From: Octopus vulgaris
Taxonomy: Eukaryota
Reading direction: 5' to 3'
NCBI GenBank assembly: GCA_951406725.2
Contig: OX597834.1
Location: forward strand, 24,118,001 to 24,182,000
DNA length: 64,000 bases
Under the pieces are notes generated by a model. That model saw only the letters and a program-made list of their open reading frames with translations, did not search any database and had not been told where the DNA came from. Shown here piece after piece: positions 23,222 to 35,611 of this stretch. Made by a program: the position numbers and the translations under genes. Each line of letters begins with the position of its first letter. Positions within the stretch are counted from its first letter, which is position 1.

Positions 23222-25568
23222 TAATAATAATAATAATAAAACATTGTGTACAGTGCTCAGGTGCACTACAACTCATCTAAAAGATCCCATAAAAGCATAC
23301 ATCCACTGCCTTCAGCAACTTTAATCCAGATAACTATCTTCAATGGAAGCCCACATAACATGAAAACAATGTTCTCGCTTCTATCTATCAACCGTGACCA
23401 CCATGGCAAATATTTTACGTATAGGTACGTGGGAAAATTCGGCTAATTTAACGAGTTTCTGCTTTGCCATTTGAAACGGAAATGTGTTGATCTATAAGAG
23501 ATGTATGTTGATCTGTCTAGTAAATTTAAATAAAAATGAATCGTACAAGTTTTTCATAACTCATTCAATCAGTCTCTTATTTCTTACAACGTTTCTTACA
23601 ACGTTTATTTTATATCTCTGACACATTACCATTTGCTGCCTTTAGAAATATCAGACATGTAGATAATACCACGATTTATATCTTTGCTGTTTTCCATGCA
23701 TCAAAACATATTCAGCTTACATTGAACATAACTGTTCAAATGCACGTATGATGCCCGTCATCAGAAATAAAACATACGTTCATCACATGTCAATGTCCAC
23801 ATGTCAATGTCCACATCTAAACAGCGTTAAATCAGCAAATACGACGTACTACATCCAACAAGACGGTTTGCATAGATACTATTAATCCCAATGCAATTTC
23901 TTGCTTAAAGATGCATTTTCCTGCATCTCTTAAAGCTCCGTAAAGGCCTCCCTGAACACTTAGCAATGGTGGAGACGTGACCCACGTTTTCGGCTATGGA
24001 GATTCCGATTCTGAAAAACAAAATTGACAAAAATCGCAATTTCAAAATTTCGATTTTCCACCCCTGCCCACTCCACTTGGTCTTTGGTCTTCGGCCATTG
24101 GCCACACCACAACCAGACAGCCAGTTCCCACGACGACACCAGCTCCAGCGACCCAGCCATGTTCCTGTTCCAGCCAGCGACGACGCCAGCATACATCAGC
24201 AACGCCTTCATCTCAACGTCGCCGTTCTCTACCGCCGTCACTACCACATAAATACCTTACTAACCCTGGACTGAGTAATCTGGATAGAGTTATCCCCCTT
24301 TAAACCACGAGTTAGAGTTAATCCCCTTCCTTTATAATTTCCAGTAACTGGGTTCCTGTGCAGATCACTATCTTCTGATCTAAGAAATACTCTACGATCT
24401 GGATGACTCGTTCTAGTTGCACCATGCCCTTAATGGCACTTCAAGGAAATCCAGTTGGTACCTTTCACACAAGACAGTCAGAAATTTTTGAGTGAATCTT
24501 TGAGGCTTTTACACCTGCTTCTGCTATGTACTAGACCCACACAATTTTTCCATGCATCCCCTCTCTCTCTTTCGGAGAGGCACTGAGCAGCTATACGCAC
24601 ACATACACACACGGCAGTAACTTCCACCTACCGAATTCAATCACAAACCACCAGTCTAAAGGTAGACACCTACCCAAAGTTCCGCAGTGGGACTGAACCC
24701 GAAACCATGTAGCTAGGAAGCAAGCTCCCTAACCACACAGCCATGCCTGCGCCTACTAAAATGTATGCACATATACGCAGCGCTATGCGTGTGGCAAGTT
24801 TTCTACGGCCGGATGCCCTTCCTGACGCCAAACCCCACCTGTTTCAAGCGATTTCAGTGCCACACTAGCACTAAAGTGCAAAACTTTCCCAAGAATGCTT
24901 CTAGATGCCTGAAGAAATCTGGCCTTCCTGCCCCTGTTGGAATATGAACGACCACCAGTCTAAAGGTGCCACCTTTGCTCCCATTCACATCCAGGACCAC
25001 CACCTTACCGTCCGGGTTCAAGAAGATTACAACAGGTATATAAGTCCATTGTTTGTATTATAGTGCATTGTTGTACCATTCAAAACTTTTTATTATTTTT
25101 TACTTTTATATATATATTATTTATATTTAAATCTTACTTTATATTTTTCAACTGTATATCTTTTTTTATATTTAACCAAAAAATAAGCAACAAGAATGGA
25201 TCGGTAGTTTAGTACAATTGCTTCCAAGTTGATCCCAGGCCACGCATGTTCACACACCCAACTCCCAACTCAGTCATGCTAGTTACAGAAAAATATAATG
25301 TCAAGTAATCTTCAGCTGAATTTCATATAGATTTTCCAAACATCTTAGGAGTGTAAACTATAAATCAATGGAGAAATCTTCCAGATTTCTCACAGCAATT
25401 GCAAAAGAAATCCCCTTTCCAGCATCTCTTGTATGGCTGTAACTACTTTAGCAGCTTTAGTCATCCATAAACTATGGATGACTAAATTACAACAGGTATA
25501 TAAGTCCATTGTTTGTATTATAGTGCATTGTTGTACCATTCAAAACTTTTTATTCTTTTTTACTTTTA

Positions 25569-25962
25569 TACTCTTTTACTCTTTTACTTGTTTCAGTCAT
25601 TTGACTGTGGCCATGCTGAGCACCACCTTTAATCGAGCAACTCGACCCCGGGACTTATTCTTTGTAAGCCCAGTACTTATTCTATCGGTCTCTTTTGCCG
25701 AACCGCTAAGTGACGGGGACATAAACACACCAGCATCGGTTGTCGAGCAATGCTAGGGAGACAAACACAGACACACATACATATATATATATATATACAT
25801 ATATACAACGGACTTCTTTTAGTTTCCGTCTACCAAATCCACTCACAAGGCTTTGGTCGGCCCGAGGCTATAGTAGAAGACACTTGCCCAAGGTGCCACG
25901 CAGTGGGACTGAACCCGGAACCATGTGGTTGGTAAACAAGCTACTTACCACACAGCCACTCC
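25569..25962 (-). mobile_element. Family A SINE
   Basis: Match to family A. Confidence 0.93.
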
Positions 25963-26299
25963 TTTATATTTTTCAATTGCATATCTTTTTTTATATTTAT
26001 ATATATTATTTATTTTTAATTCTTATTTAATTCTTATTCATACATTGTACCGTTTTTTATATGTATATATATGTATATTTTTACTTTAAATACATATTAT
26101 TTATATTTAAATCTTACTTTTTCTTATATTTCTAAATTGCATATCTTTTACGGTTTTATATTTATATATATTATTTGTATTCACTTCTTATTTACATTTG
26201 CAAATCACATATTGTTCTTTTCTTTTCTTTTTTTATGTATGATTGAGCTACTCCACGTCGGTCACCAGAGTGATATTTGATCACTTCATAGAGTATTGA

Positions 26300-27885
26300 G
26301 TGTAGGTTTGGTGTCTGGAATGGGATAGCTTACCTCATGGGCGGGTAGAAGCTCTTTAACCTTGGTTGGTAATCTACCTAGGAGAATGAAATCTCTGAAA
26401 TAAAACCTGATGCTTTGGAAGTTCCTGGTTTTGTCAATTTTCATGTCACACCAGTAAAAGTCTTCTTGGGCTAATAGGTGGGGGTAGGGCAGTGCAAGCT
26501 ACACCCATTGAAAATTATTCATCTGACAGGTACTTCCTGTATTCCAAATCTCAATAAAATCATTGAATTAGTTGGTTGGCAGAAACCTAAAATTGCACTT
26601 GTAACTTATACTAAGATGTCTCAAACAGATTCAATAAATGGCAAAAAGGGCTTGGGAATGTCAGGGGAACAGGTCTGGCTTGGCAGATGTCCCAGTGTAT
26701 CACTGGCTGGACCCGGTCATCATCCTGCCACACTGGTCAAATAATCTTCAAGAAAAAGTAAAAATAAACATCCTCTAAATTTTAGCTGTTCGAATGTGCG
26801 CACACTTCTTGATGATAATTTCAACAAGAGGCCACAAAGGCGTACTGCACTTATTGCATGCGAGCTTAAGAAATATTCCCTTGATATAGTTGCACTCCCT
26901 GAAACTCATCTCTCTGGTGAGGGTCAAGTAAATGAACCTACTTATGGATATACTATCTTTTGGAGAGACCTACCTAAGGGTCAGCGTAGAGAATCTGGTG
27001 TTGGGTTTGCTCTCAAGAATACATTAGTATCCTCCATTGCAGAGCTTCCAAGTGGTATATCTGAACGGACCATATCATGCCGTATTAAACTGACAAAAGG
27101 TAGGTTTCTTACCATTGTCAATATTTATGCACCAACAATGTCCCATTCTGATGAAACTGTAGGACAGTTTTATGATGATCTATCACAATTATTGAGTAAC
27201 GTACCAATTTCTGACAAGATGGTCATATTGGGAGATTTCAATGCAAGAGTTGGAAAGGACTATGTTTCATGGCCTGTTTTAGGTTGATATGGGATTGGAA
27301 AATGTAATAAAAAGGGAGTAGCTCTTGTGATATTTTGTACTGAGTATAATCTGGTTGTCACCAACACTCTGTTTAAGCAGATAGATAAATATAAAACCAC
27401 CTGGATGCACCTAAGATCTAAGCACTGACATCTCATAGATTATATTCTGATCAGAAAATGTGATATGAAAGATGTTTCTAGTGTTCGGGCCATGAGAAGA
27501 GCAGAGAGCTGGACTGACCATCGTCTAGTGTGTGGAAAAATAAATTTTTTGATAATACCTAAAAACCGACAGTCTGGTCCTAAGGTACCCAAAAAGTTAA
27601 ATGCTGCAAACTTTAAATCATCAAGCAACTTGCAAAGATTCCATGATGCTATAAGAAGTATCAATCTAGACCCAAACAATCTATGGGAAGATTTCAAAAC
27701 AAAAGTATTTCAGGCTGCAAGTTCATCAGTGGGATTTAAATCGCGTAAGTCCAGTGACTAGTTCTCAGATAGATCAGCAGAAATTCATGATCTACTTTTA
27801 GAAAAATAAAACTTAGACAATACACTTCTTTCTCAGTCCTTGAACCCTAACTCAAACAAAGCTTACAAAAAGCTGCAATGATTTC
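26300..27885 (+). pseudogene. RTE-clade LINE 5' portion with APE endonuclease, disrupted
   Basis: NVRTLLD..RPQRRTALIA.EL.KY.LDIVAL.ET, GVGFA, IYAPT, LGDFNARVG, TTWMHLRSKH*HLIDYIL, SWTDHRLV. Confidence 0.92.
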
Positions 27886-27899
27886 TGTACATTCTTTGG

Positions 27900-28990
27900 G
27901 ATTGCCAGTAATCTGCCCTGTGTGGGGATTGCAAAGGGAGCCAAATGGGGAGTGAGGTCTCTGCTTTGAGTGTACATACTTCCAGAACACTTTGCTGTGT
28001 GGGTTGGTTGCTATGCACTGTTTGAATTCAAGCCTTTTTTGTCACCTGCTTGAGATGGTTGGCTGATCTATTACGCTTTTTCCTGTTGATCTCTGATTTG
28101 TGCAATTTGTATTCCTGTTCAGCATTACGGCTTTCTTTCTTGGGGCAAGTTGGACTGCTGCAGTCTCCCAAATTGCACTATTGGGTGGGGTTTTTTGTGC
28201 TTGCATGATACCGATGCTGCACATGCCACCCATATTGAATTCAGAATGTTCTGAAGTATAGTGTTCACATCTCCAGAGGCATAAAATTCGAGCCAGTTTG
28301 GGCATCGCAGCTCGGTACAATAAGAGCTCCAGTCTGCTTTATTCCAGTCAAAGCAGGCAGTTTGAAGATGGTTGTGGTTTTTGTTACAACCAATCAGAGA
28401 CAAGTCGGCCATGATCATGGAATTATCAGAGTCACGTAAAGGTTCTTCAGTAGTGACATTAATGATTGTTTCAGGAGAAGCGGTAAATAGCGGATCCAAA
28501 GTGTTGTTACCCCTTGTGGGGGAGGTAACGACTTGGGACCAATTTGAATTCAGCACCAGTTCAAGGAAATCGTCTGCACTTTGCGGTCAACAGAGGGCCG
28601 CCCAGTTAATTTCAGGGAAATTGAAGTCCCCCGCAATATAAACAAATGTCGCTGTTTTCATGGCAGCAGCTCTGAGGATATCAAAAAGTTGTGTGTCTTG
28701 ACGATAATTTGCAGGGCGGTAAACAACTCCAAGTAGAAGTGTTGACATGGTCTTGTGTATATTGCAGAAAAATACTTCCTGTTGAGATTGGTTCAAATCA
28801 TCACAAGGAATTGCCGATAGATTTGAATGAACATAAACCATCTACAATCTGGTTGAGAAGTCTGCACACACTCTTAGCTGGTTTTTTTTTTTTTCTTTTA
28901 CATAGAGCACTGGTGCTGCTCAGTCTGCATGGTAGGCTTTCCAATCTTCCTAGTTCTTTATTGCCCTGGTATACCAATACACAAATAGCA
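27900..28990 (-). pseudogene. CR1/L2/Jockey-type LINE endonuclease fragment
   Basis: GVVYRP, IAGDFNFPEINW, QVVTSPTRGNNTLD, SDNSMI in ORFs 28587-28841 and 28125-28556. Confidence 0.85.
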
Positions 28991-30056
28991 TATTACATTT
29001 CAGCCTGATAATAGGTGTTGAATTTTCTTTGATAGACAATCCTTGCTTTTGTTTTTGTGCAACAGCCTAAAACCTTTAAAAAAATAAACATTTGGGAAAC
29101 TTTCTTTCATTTTTGTTTCAGCTCATTAATCTCATTCAATCGTTTGACTACTCCATTTACATTACTACATAAAATGCTTATGGGTATATCCCATAAATTA
29201 AGTTTCTCCATACATTCAGTACCAAATAAATTTATGGATTTTTCAACACATAAACATTCACTTTTTTGGTTCGGCCTTTCAACATTATATTACAAACGTG
29301 TTCACCCGTGAAATATAATTTTCTTCCCTTAACACTATTTTGTTTGGACTACATAATTTTTGGTTTACCCATTTGTTCCCATGTTTTCTCATTTATTATT
29401 GTAATGTCACTTCCTGTGTCTAATTGCATTCTGATGCTAATGGTTTCAATTCTCACATTCATGAATTTTCTGTTTGTTGTAGTCACACCTTTTCCTGCTA
29501 ACAAACTATTTATTTTTTCTTGTTTGTTCCATTATCCTATCATTCTAGTTTCGTAGTGCGATTTTATATGTCCTGTAAACCCGCAGCAAAAGCACTTTGC
29601 TTTTTTATATGGACAATATTTTTTCAGGTGCATCCCACCACATGCCATACATTGGTCTACGTCCCAATATTTTTTCTGTTTTTCTTGCAACACTTTATTT
29701 GTTTTCTGACTTTTTTGCACTGGTCTTATGTGAAAACACTCTTTCCATTGAATTTCTTCTGGTTCATACCTTAATTTTAATATCATGTCACACTCTTCCA
29801 ACAGTTTCTGCAATGTCAAATCCTGGTTCATTTCCAGTTTTGCTAGAAATTTTATTCAGATTTCTGCATCCCTTTTATCTGTCAATCCTTATGGAAAAAT
29901 CAAACACTTGAAAGGATCTGGAATAAGCATATCCAGCCTAAATCTTTTACATTCTTTGTTGACTTCATCTTCGCTCTTTTCTATGTCTAAACATTTCCAT
30001 TTAATATTAAACAGTGAGCTCTTTTCACTAAACATTTTGCACAAAATGTCAACTGT

Positions 30057-30340
30057 CATCATCATCGTTTAACGTCCGTTTTCCGTGCTAGCATGGGTTG
30101 GACAGTTCGATCGGGGCCTGGGAAGTCAGGAGGCTGCACCAGACTCCAGTCTGATCTGGCAGTGTTTCTACAGCTGGATGCCCTTCCTAACGCCAACCAC
30201 TCCGTGAGTGTAGTGGGTGCATTTTATGTGCCACCGGCACAGGTGCCAGGGGAGGCTGGCAGTGGCCACAATCTGTTGGTGCTTTTTATGTGCCACCGGC
30301 ACAGAAGCCAGTCAAGGCGGCGTTGGCATCAGCCACGTTG
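30057..30340 (-). mobile_element. Family C retroposon
   Basis: Family C block with two internal units. Confidence 0.88.
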
Positions 30341-30454
30341 TTGGTGAAATTTATGTCAGGCACTCTTATTGGCAATATCAAGTTAATATACTTCACATGC
30401 TCTGCTGTCACTAGTTTTCTTAAAACTAGATGAGTTTTCATTTCATCCATCCTA

Positions 30455-30858
30455 TTACTCTTTTACTTGTTTCAATCATTTGACTGCGGCCATGCTGGAG
30501 CACCGCCTTTAGTCGAGCAAATCGACCTCGGGACTTATTCTTTGTAAGCCCAGTACTTATTCTATCGGTCTGTTTTGCCGAACTGCTAAGTGACAGGGAC
30601 GTAAACACACCAGCATCGGTTGTCAAGCAATGCTATGGGGACAAACACAGACACACAAACATATACACACACACTTATATATATATACATATATACGACA
30701 GGCTTCTTTCAGTTTCCGTCTACCAAATCCACTCACAAAGCATTAGTCGGCCCGGAGCTATAGCAGAAGACACTTGCCCAAGATGCCACGCAGTGGGACT
30801 GAACCCGGAACCATGTGGTTGGTTAGCAAGCTACTTAACACACAGCCACTCCTGCGCC
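30455..30858 (-). mobile_element. Family A SINE, full length
   Basis: Match to family A. Confidence 0.93.
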
Positions 30859-31218
30859 TGACATTCTTTTTCAAAAAGTAGTTCAAATCTTTGAAAGTAA
30901 GCCTCGAAGGTTACTCCTTCACGGTCATATTTGGATTCACTTATGGAATTTGCTACATGGTCAGGTGAAAATGTATTCTCCGGTTTGATTATCAACTTCA
31001 TTAGTTGTAGCATTTGCTGCTGCAATCCTTGTTGTTGTTCCTTGAGTTGTTGTTGTTGCTGTTTTTACAACTCAATTACCTCAGCTAACAAGTCTTCCAT
31101 ATTTTATGATTTTCGTAAGTTTGCACTAGATTTTTGTTTCTTTTTTGTCGAATTATTTAATTTTTCCACATGAATAAGTTTAAACTCTCCATGTAAATTT
31201 GTTTTTCCTCGTCACCAT

Positions 31219-31501
31219 TGTTGTAAAGTGGGTTCCTCCCACTGGTGTGATGTGTGACTACTGTTGTACAATAGTTGCTGTTTTACACTAGTAGCCACAA
31301 TAGTTACTAGTTATTGGATACCATTGTATCTCTTCGTATCACAATAGTAATGCACTAACTTCTGTCTTACTATCGCTGATAGCTTCACCAGACACCAACT
31401 AGAACTGTCAACTCTCAACCCTCCCTTGATGACCAACTATTTATAATGGCTGATTCCTACCACTTTTTACCAGGAGGGATATACAGTTTCACTATACAAC
31501 A
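31219..31501 (-). mobile_element. 5' LTR (283 bp) of the Gypsy element
   Basis: Perfect terminal inverted heptamer tgttgta / tacaaca, directly followed on minus by the PBS and gag. Confidence 0.85.
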
Positions 31502-31502
31502 T

Positions 31503-32230
31503 CACTGATGAGACATGATGCTGTAGCTAGGACATTGTATAATGAGATTTGTTGAAAGGATAACCTGAAGACAAAGAAATAAGAACCCACACTTTGGTGG
31601 AAGCCATAGCTACTCATAATAAAAAGGAGTATTGGTGGAATGTCCCAGTGAAAACCTCAATAAAATGTAAACACAATAGACCTGATGTAATGATTTGGGA
31701 TAGAGAAGAGAAACTGTGTGCAGTTGTGTAAATCAATTCCCTGTGGATGTTAACATAAAGCTGAAGATCAGTGAAAAAGAGAACACCTACACTGAACTAT
31801 TGAGAAATATGCAGTTACTCTAACCAGATTACAAGTTCAGGTTTATACCAGTAATTATAGGGGCACTAGGATATGTAACATGCTGCCTAAATACCAATCT
31901 CAAGAAATTAGTCTTCTCAAAACCAAAAAGGAGAAAGCTGATTTGAAGCCTACAGATCCAAGCCATCACTGGAACTGTAATGGTCTGTAAAACTTTCCAG
32001 AAGTTTATCATTTTAGTATATATGATCATGTGTAGATATGCAAGTATATGCATGAGAATACGTACATAAAACAAAACATATAAATCTGCATGTATACTTA
32101 CACACATGCATACATACATACAAAAATACACTATTGATGATGTTGACATTCCAGTGAAGGAGACTTGGATCTAGGTTAGAAACTGGTTCTTTCTCTATTG
32201 GCAAAAAATCTTGAAATAAAACTGAATAAT
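31503..32230 (+). pseudogene. 3' end of RLE-type (R4/NeSL-like) non-LTR retrotransposon
   Basis: RHDAVARTLY, WWNVPVKT..KCKHNRPDVMIWD, KENTY.EL, FIPVIIGALG; then 3' UTR with aataaa. Confidence 0.85.
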
Positions 32231-32244
32231 GACACACACACATA

Positions 32245-32620
32245 CATACAGACAGACAGAGAGACAGAAAGAGAGACAGACAGATAGGCGGATAGACAAG
32301 CAAATAGACAGACAGATAGACAGTCATACAGTCAGTTAGAGAGACAGTCAGGCAAACAGACAGGCACACAGATAGACAGATTGACAGTCAGGCAGATATG
32401 TAGGCAGATAGACAGACAGAGAGATTGATAGTCAGGCAAATAGACAGACAGACAGATTGACAGTCAGGCAGATATGTAGGCAGATAGACAGACAGACAGA
32501 GAGATTGATAGTCAGGCAAATAGACAGACAGACAGACAGATTGATAGTCAGGCAAATAGACAGACAGACAGACAGATTGATAGTCAGGCAAATAGACAGA
32601 CAGACAGACAGGCAGACTAG
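32245..32620. repeat. (GACA)n-derived minisatellite with ~32-36-bp units
   Basis: gattgatagtcaggcaaatagacagacag repeated. Confidence 0.85.
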
Positions 32621-33051
32621 TGATTATAAAAGATTAAAGGCATCAGTAACGGTTGTTCCAGATTTTAAGTCCTGTTGTGTTGACTTAGGTCTTCCAGTTT
32701 GATTGTTGATGAAATAAATATGAATAATATAGGACAGCTAATGAAATTTATAACTTAGTGCTTTGTCATTTATTCTCAGTTGTATGAAAACAATGGAAGG
32801 TAAAACAACAGGGTGGGATATCAAGTTTAGTAAAGCTCAATGAACTTGTCTGTCCTTCAACCATTGAGGACCTATTCATGGCAACCAGTAAGATGGAAGT
32901 CAATTATGTTTGTCTCAAAATGCAGGGTGGAGTAGGGGGGGAACAAACATTATCTTTTTTACTTTTTTTTTTTTCTGAAGCCTACATGCAGTGGAAAAGC
33001 TGAGAGAAAGAAAATAAAGTTTTCCAAAGATTGTGAGAGATGAGATGCTAA

Positions 33052-33481
33052 GTCATCATCATCATTATCATTGTTATCATCATCATTATCATCATCATCA
33101 TTGTTGGCGTTGTCATCGTCAGTTTTCATCATCATCATCATCATCATTGTTGTTGTCATCATCATCATCATCATCGTTGTTGTCGTCGTCATCATCATCA
33201 TCATTATCATCGTTGTTGTTGTTGTCATCATCATCATTGTTGTCGTCATCATCATCATCGTCATTGTTGTTGTCATCATCATTGTTGTCGTCATCATCAT
33301 CATCGTTGTTGTCATCATCATCATCATCATCATCACCATCGTCATTGTTGATGTCATCATCATCATCATCGTCATTGTTGTCATCATCATCATCATCATC
33401 ATCATCATCGTTGTTGTCATCATCATCATCGTTGTCGTTGTCATCATCATCATCATCATCATCACCATCGTCATCATCGTC
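33052..33481. repeat. Compound (CAT)n/(GTT)n/(CGT)n trinucleotide tract
   Basis: Visible directly; produces the poly-M/S/I ORF artefacts. Confidence 0.92.
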
Positions 33482-33667
33482 AGTTCCTTAGGGGACGCCA
33501 CTTGAGTTTTCTTAGAAAGGGCATCACTGGCTGCAGCTGTCTGACTTCTGTTTTTAAGGAAGTCATGCAGCCACTCTCCCAGTTTACCAGCAATGCCAAG
33601 GTCTCGTAGCTTATGACACATCATGCTGTAATCTATCTTATCAAATGCCTTTACAAAGCTAAGGTAT
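33482..33667 (-). pseudogene. CR1/L2-type RT fragment
   Basis: YLSFVKAFDKIDY...KLRDLGIAGKLGEWLHDFLKNRSQ. Confidence 0.8.
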
Positions 33668-33880
33668 CAAAACCCAGCAGATGTATGACCAGAGTTGTGA
33701 CCTCCCAATGTGGAGAAGTATTAAAATAAAAAGAACTTCTCCAAAATCAGGAAATTCACAATAAGACCATCTCAAATCATGGAGTTTGCCATTATTTAGG
33801 AAGTTTACTATATTTTAAATGTATAAAACAGACTCAACTGGAGACACACAAGGATTGTAATTACACAATTTCAACTAATG

Positions 33881-34049
33881 GGCGCAGGAGTGGCTGTGTG
33901 GTTAGTAGCTTGCTAACCAACCACATGGTTCCGGGTTCAGTCCCACCGTGGCATCTTGGGCAAGTGTCTTCTGCTATAGCCCCGGGCCGACCAATGCCTT
34001 GTGAGTGGATTTGGTAGACGGAAACTGAAAGAAGCGTGTCGTATATATG

Positions 34050-34084
<35 letters not shown>

Positions 34085-34290
34085 GTTTGTGTGTCTGTGT
34101 TTGTCCCCCTAGCATTGCTTGACAACCGATGCTGGTGTCCTCGTCACTTAGCAGTTCGGCAAAAGAGACCGATAGAATAAGTACTAGGCTTACAAAGAAT
34201 AAGTCCCGGGGTCGAGTTGCTCGACTAAAGGTGGTGCTCCAGCATGGCCGCAGTCAAATGACTGAAACAAGTAAAAGAGTAAAAGAGTAA
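33881..34290 (+). mobile_element. Family A SINE, full length
   Basis: ggcgcaggagtggctgtgtgg head to aagtaaaagagtaaaagag tail. Confidence 0.94.
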
Positions 34291-34467
34291 TTAAAATAAC
34301 ATATTTTATTGTGAACAAGGGGAAACGGTGTTAGTTGGTTATTAACATAGTTAAGTGTTTGCCCCAAATAAAATGAGATAAAAGCTAAGACATATATAAT
34401 AGTGTTTATCTAACCTCTGCTTAGGTGGACGGTGGCCATAGCCTTTGTAGGTTGGTAGGTAGGTAGG

Positions 34468-34501
<34 letters not shown>

Positions 34502-34510
34502 CAATTTATC

Positions 34511-35611
34511 GACAAAATTGGAGTCATATAAAAAATAAAGGCATAACTGCATTAGAGTCACCGTAAAAATAGTCATGACACCATTAGAGTCATAAGCAAA
34601 ATTAAGGTATAACGGCCCTTAGAGTCACAGTAAAATTGAGTAATAATGAAACTAGTCCTGGCGGAGATACTGAGTCCCTGTAAAATTAATCAAAGATAAA
34701 TTTAAATTATTAGGAAATTAGGGCCAAAAGAATTTCGAGTCTCTAGATCACCGGTTTTCAACCAGGGTTCCGCCAGTACAGTCCAGGGGTTCCACAAGAA
34801 GTTACAAAATTGCTAAAATCGGCAGTAATTTTTAATTCTCCTGTGCAGATATGTGTGCAGAAGACTATTAAATTATTGCGCAGGGGTTCCTCGAGCCAGT
34901 GGAATGTTTCCTTGGGAAAAATTTGGACAAGGATGGCGTTACAGATGTGCTCTAAAGTCTTACAACAGAGTCAGCTGGTATAAAAACTGTATTTAATTGT
35001 TTTTAAAATTCTACTAAAGTCAGCCAAATGATAAACTGGGTTGTGTTGTGTTAGACCTAGTGTACCACTAACACTTAAAAACACTAGATCAATATTGATT
35101 TAAAAAAAAAAAAAAGGAAAAAAAATTGATTAAAGGTGGTCCTTCCACGAGACCTTCAAAATATCTAGAGCAGTGCTTTTCAACCTCTTTGCTGGAGCGG
35201 AACCCCAAGGAAACATTCCACTGGCTCGAGGAACCCCTGTGCAATAATTTAATAGTCTTCTGCACACATATATGCACAGGAGAATTAAAAATTACTGCCG
35301 ATTTTAGCAGTTTTGTAACTTCTTGGGGAACCCCTGGACTGTACTGGCGCGGAACCCTGGTTGAAAACCGCTGATCTAGAGACTCGAAATACTTATGGCC
35401 CTAATTTCCTAATAACTCAAATTTATCTTTGATTAATTTTACAGGGACTCAGTATCTCCGCCAGGACTAGTTTCATTATTACTCAATTTTACTGTGACTC
35501 TAAGGGCCGTTATACCTTAATTTTTCTTATGACTCTCATGATGTCATGACTATTTTTGCTGTGACTCTAATGCAGTTATGCCTTTATTTTTTATATGACT
35601 CCAATTTTGTC
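34511..35611. repeat. Inverted duplication, ~405-bp arms (34511-34916 and 35204-35611)
   Basis: Arms are reverse complements over their length with scattered substitutions. Confidence 0.92.
35171..35373. mobile_element. hAT (Charlie-like) MITE
   Basis: cagtgcttttcaacc / ggttgaaaaccgctg termini, perfect 8-bp TSD atctagag (35163-35170, 35374-35381). Confidence 0.92.

Larger units (their letters stand above)
29000..31218 (-). pseudogene. Ty3/Gypsy gag-protease, disrupted and split by two retroposons
   Basis: FEAYFQRFE, tandem Zn knuckles CMACGGMHLKKYC / CFCCGFTGH, protease MQLDTGSDITII; PBS tggtgacgagg at 31207-31217 (minus). Confidence 0.88.

Noticed and set aside
24647-24967. 17-bp direct repeat accaccagtctaaaggt
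   Set aside because: Lies among degenerate SINE scraps; no coherent element between the copies
32959-33624. 221-aa Met/Thr/Asp-rich ORF
   Set aside because: LINE RT scrap fused to a (CAT)n compound microsatellite
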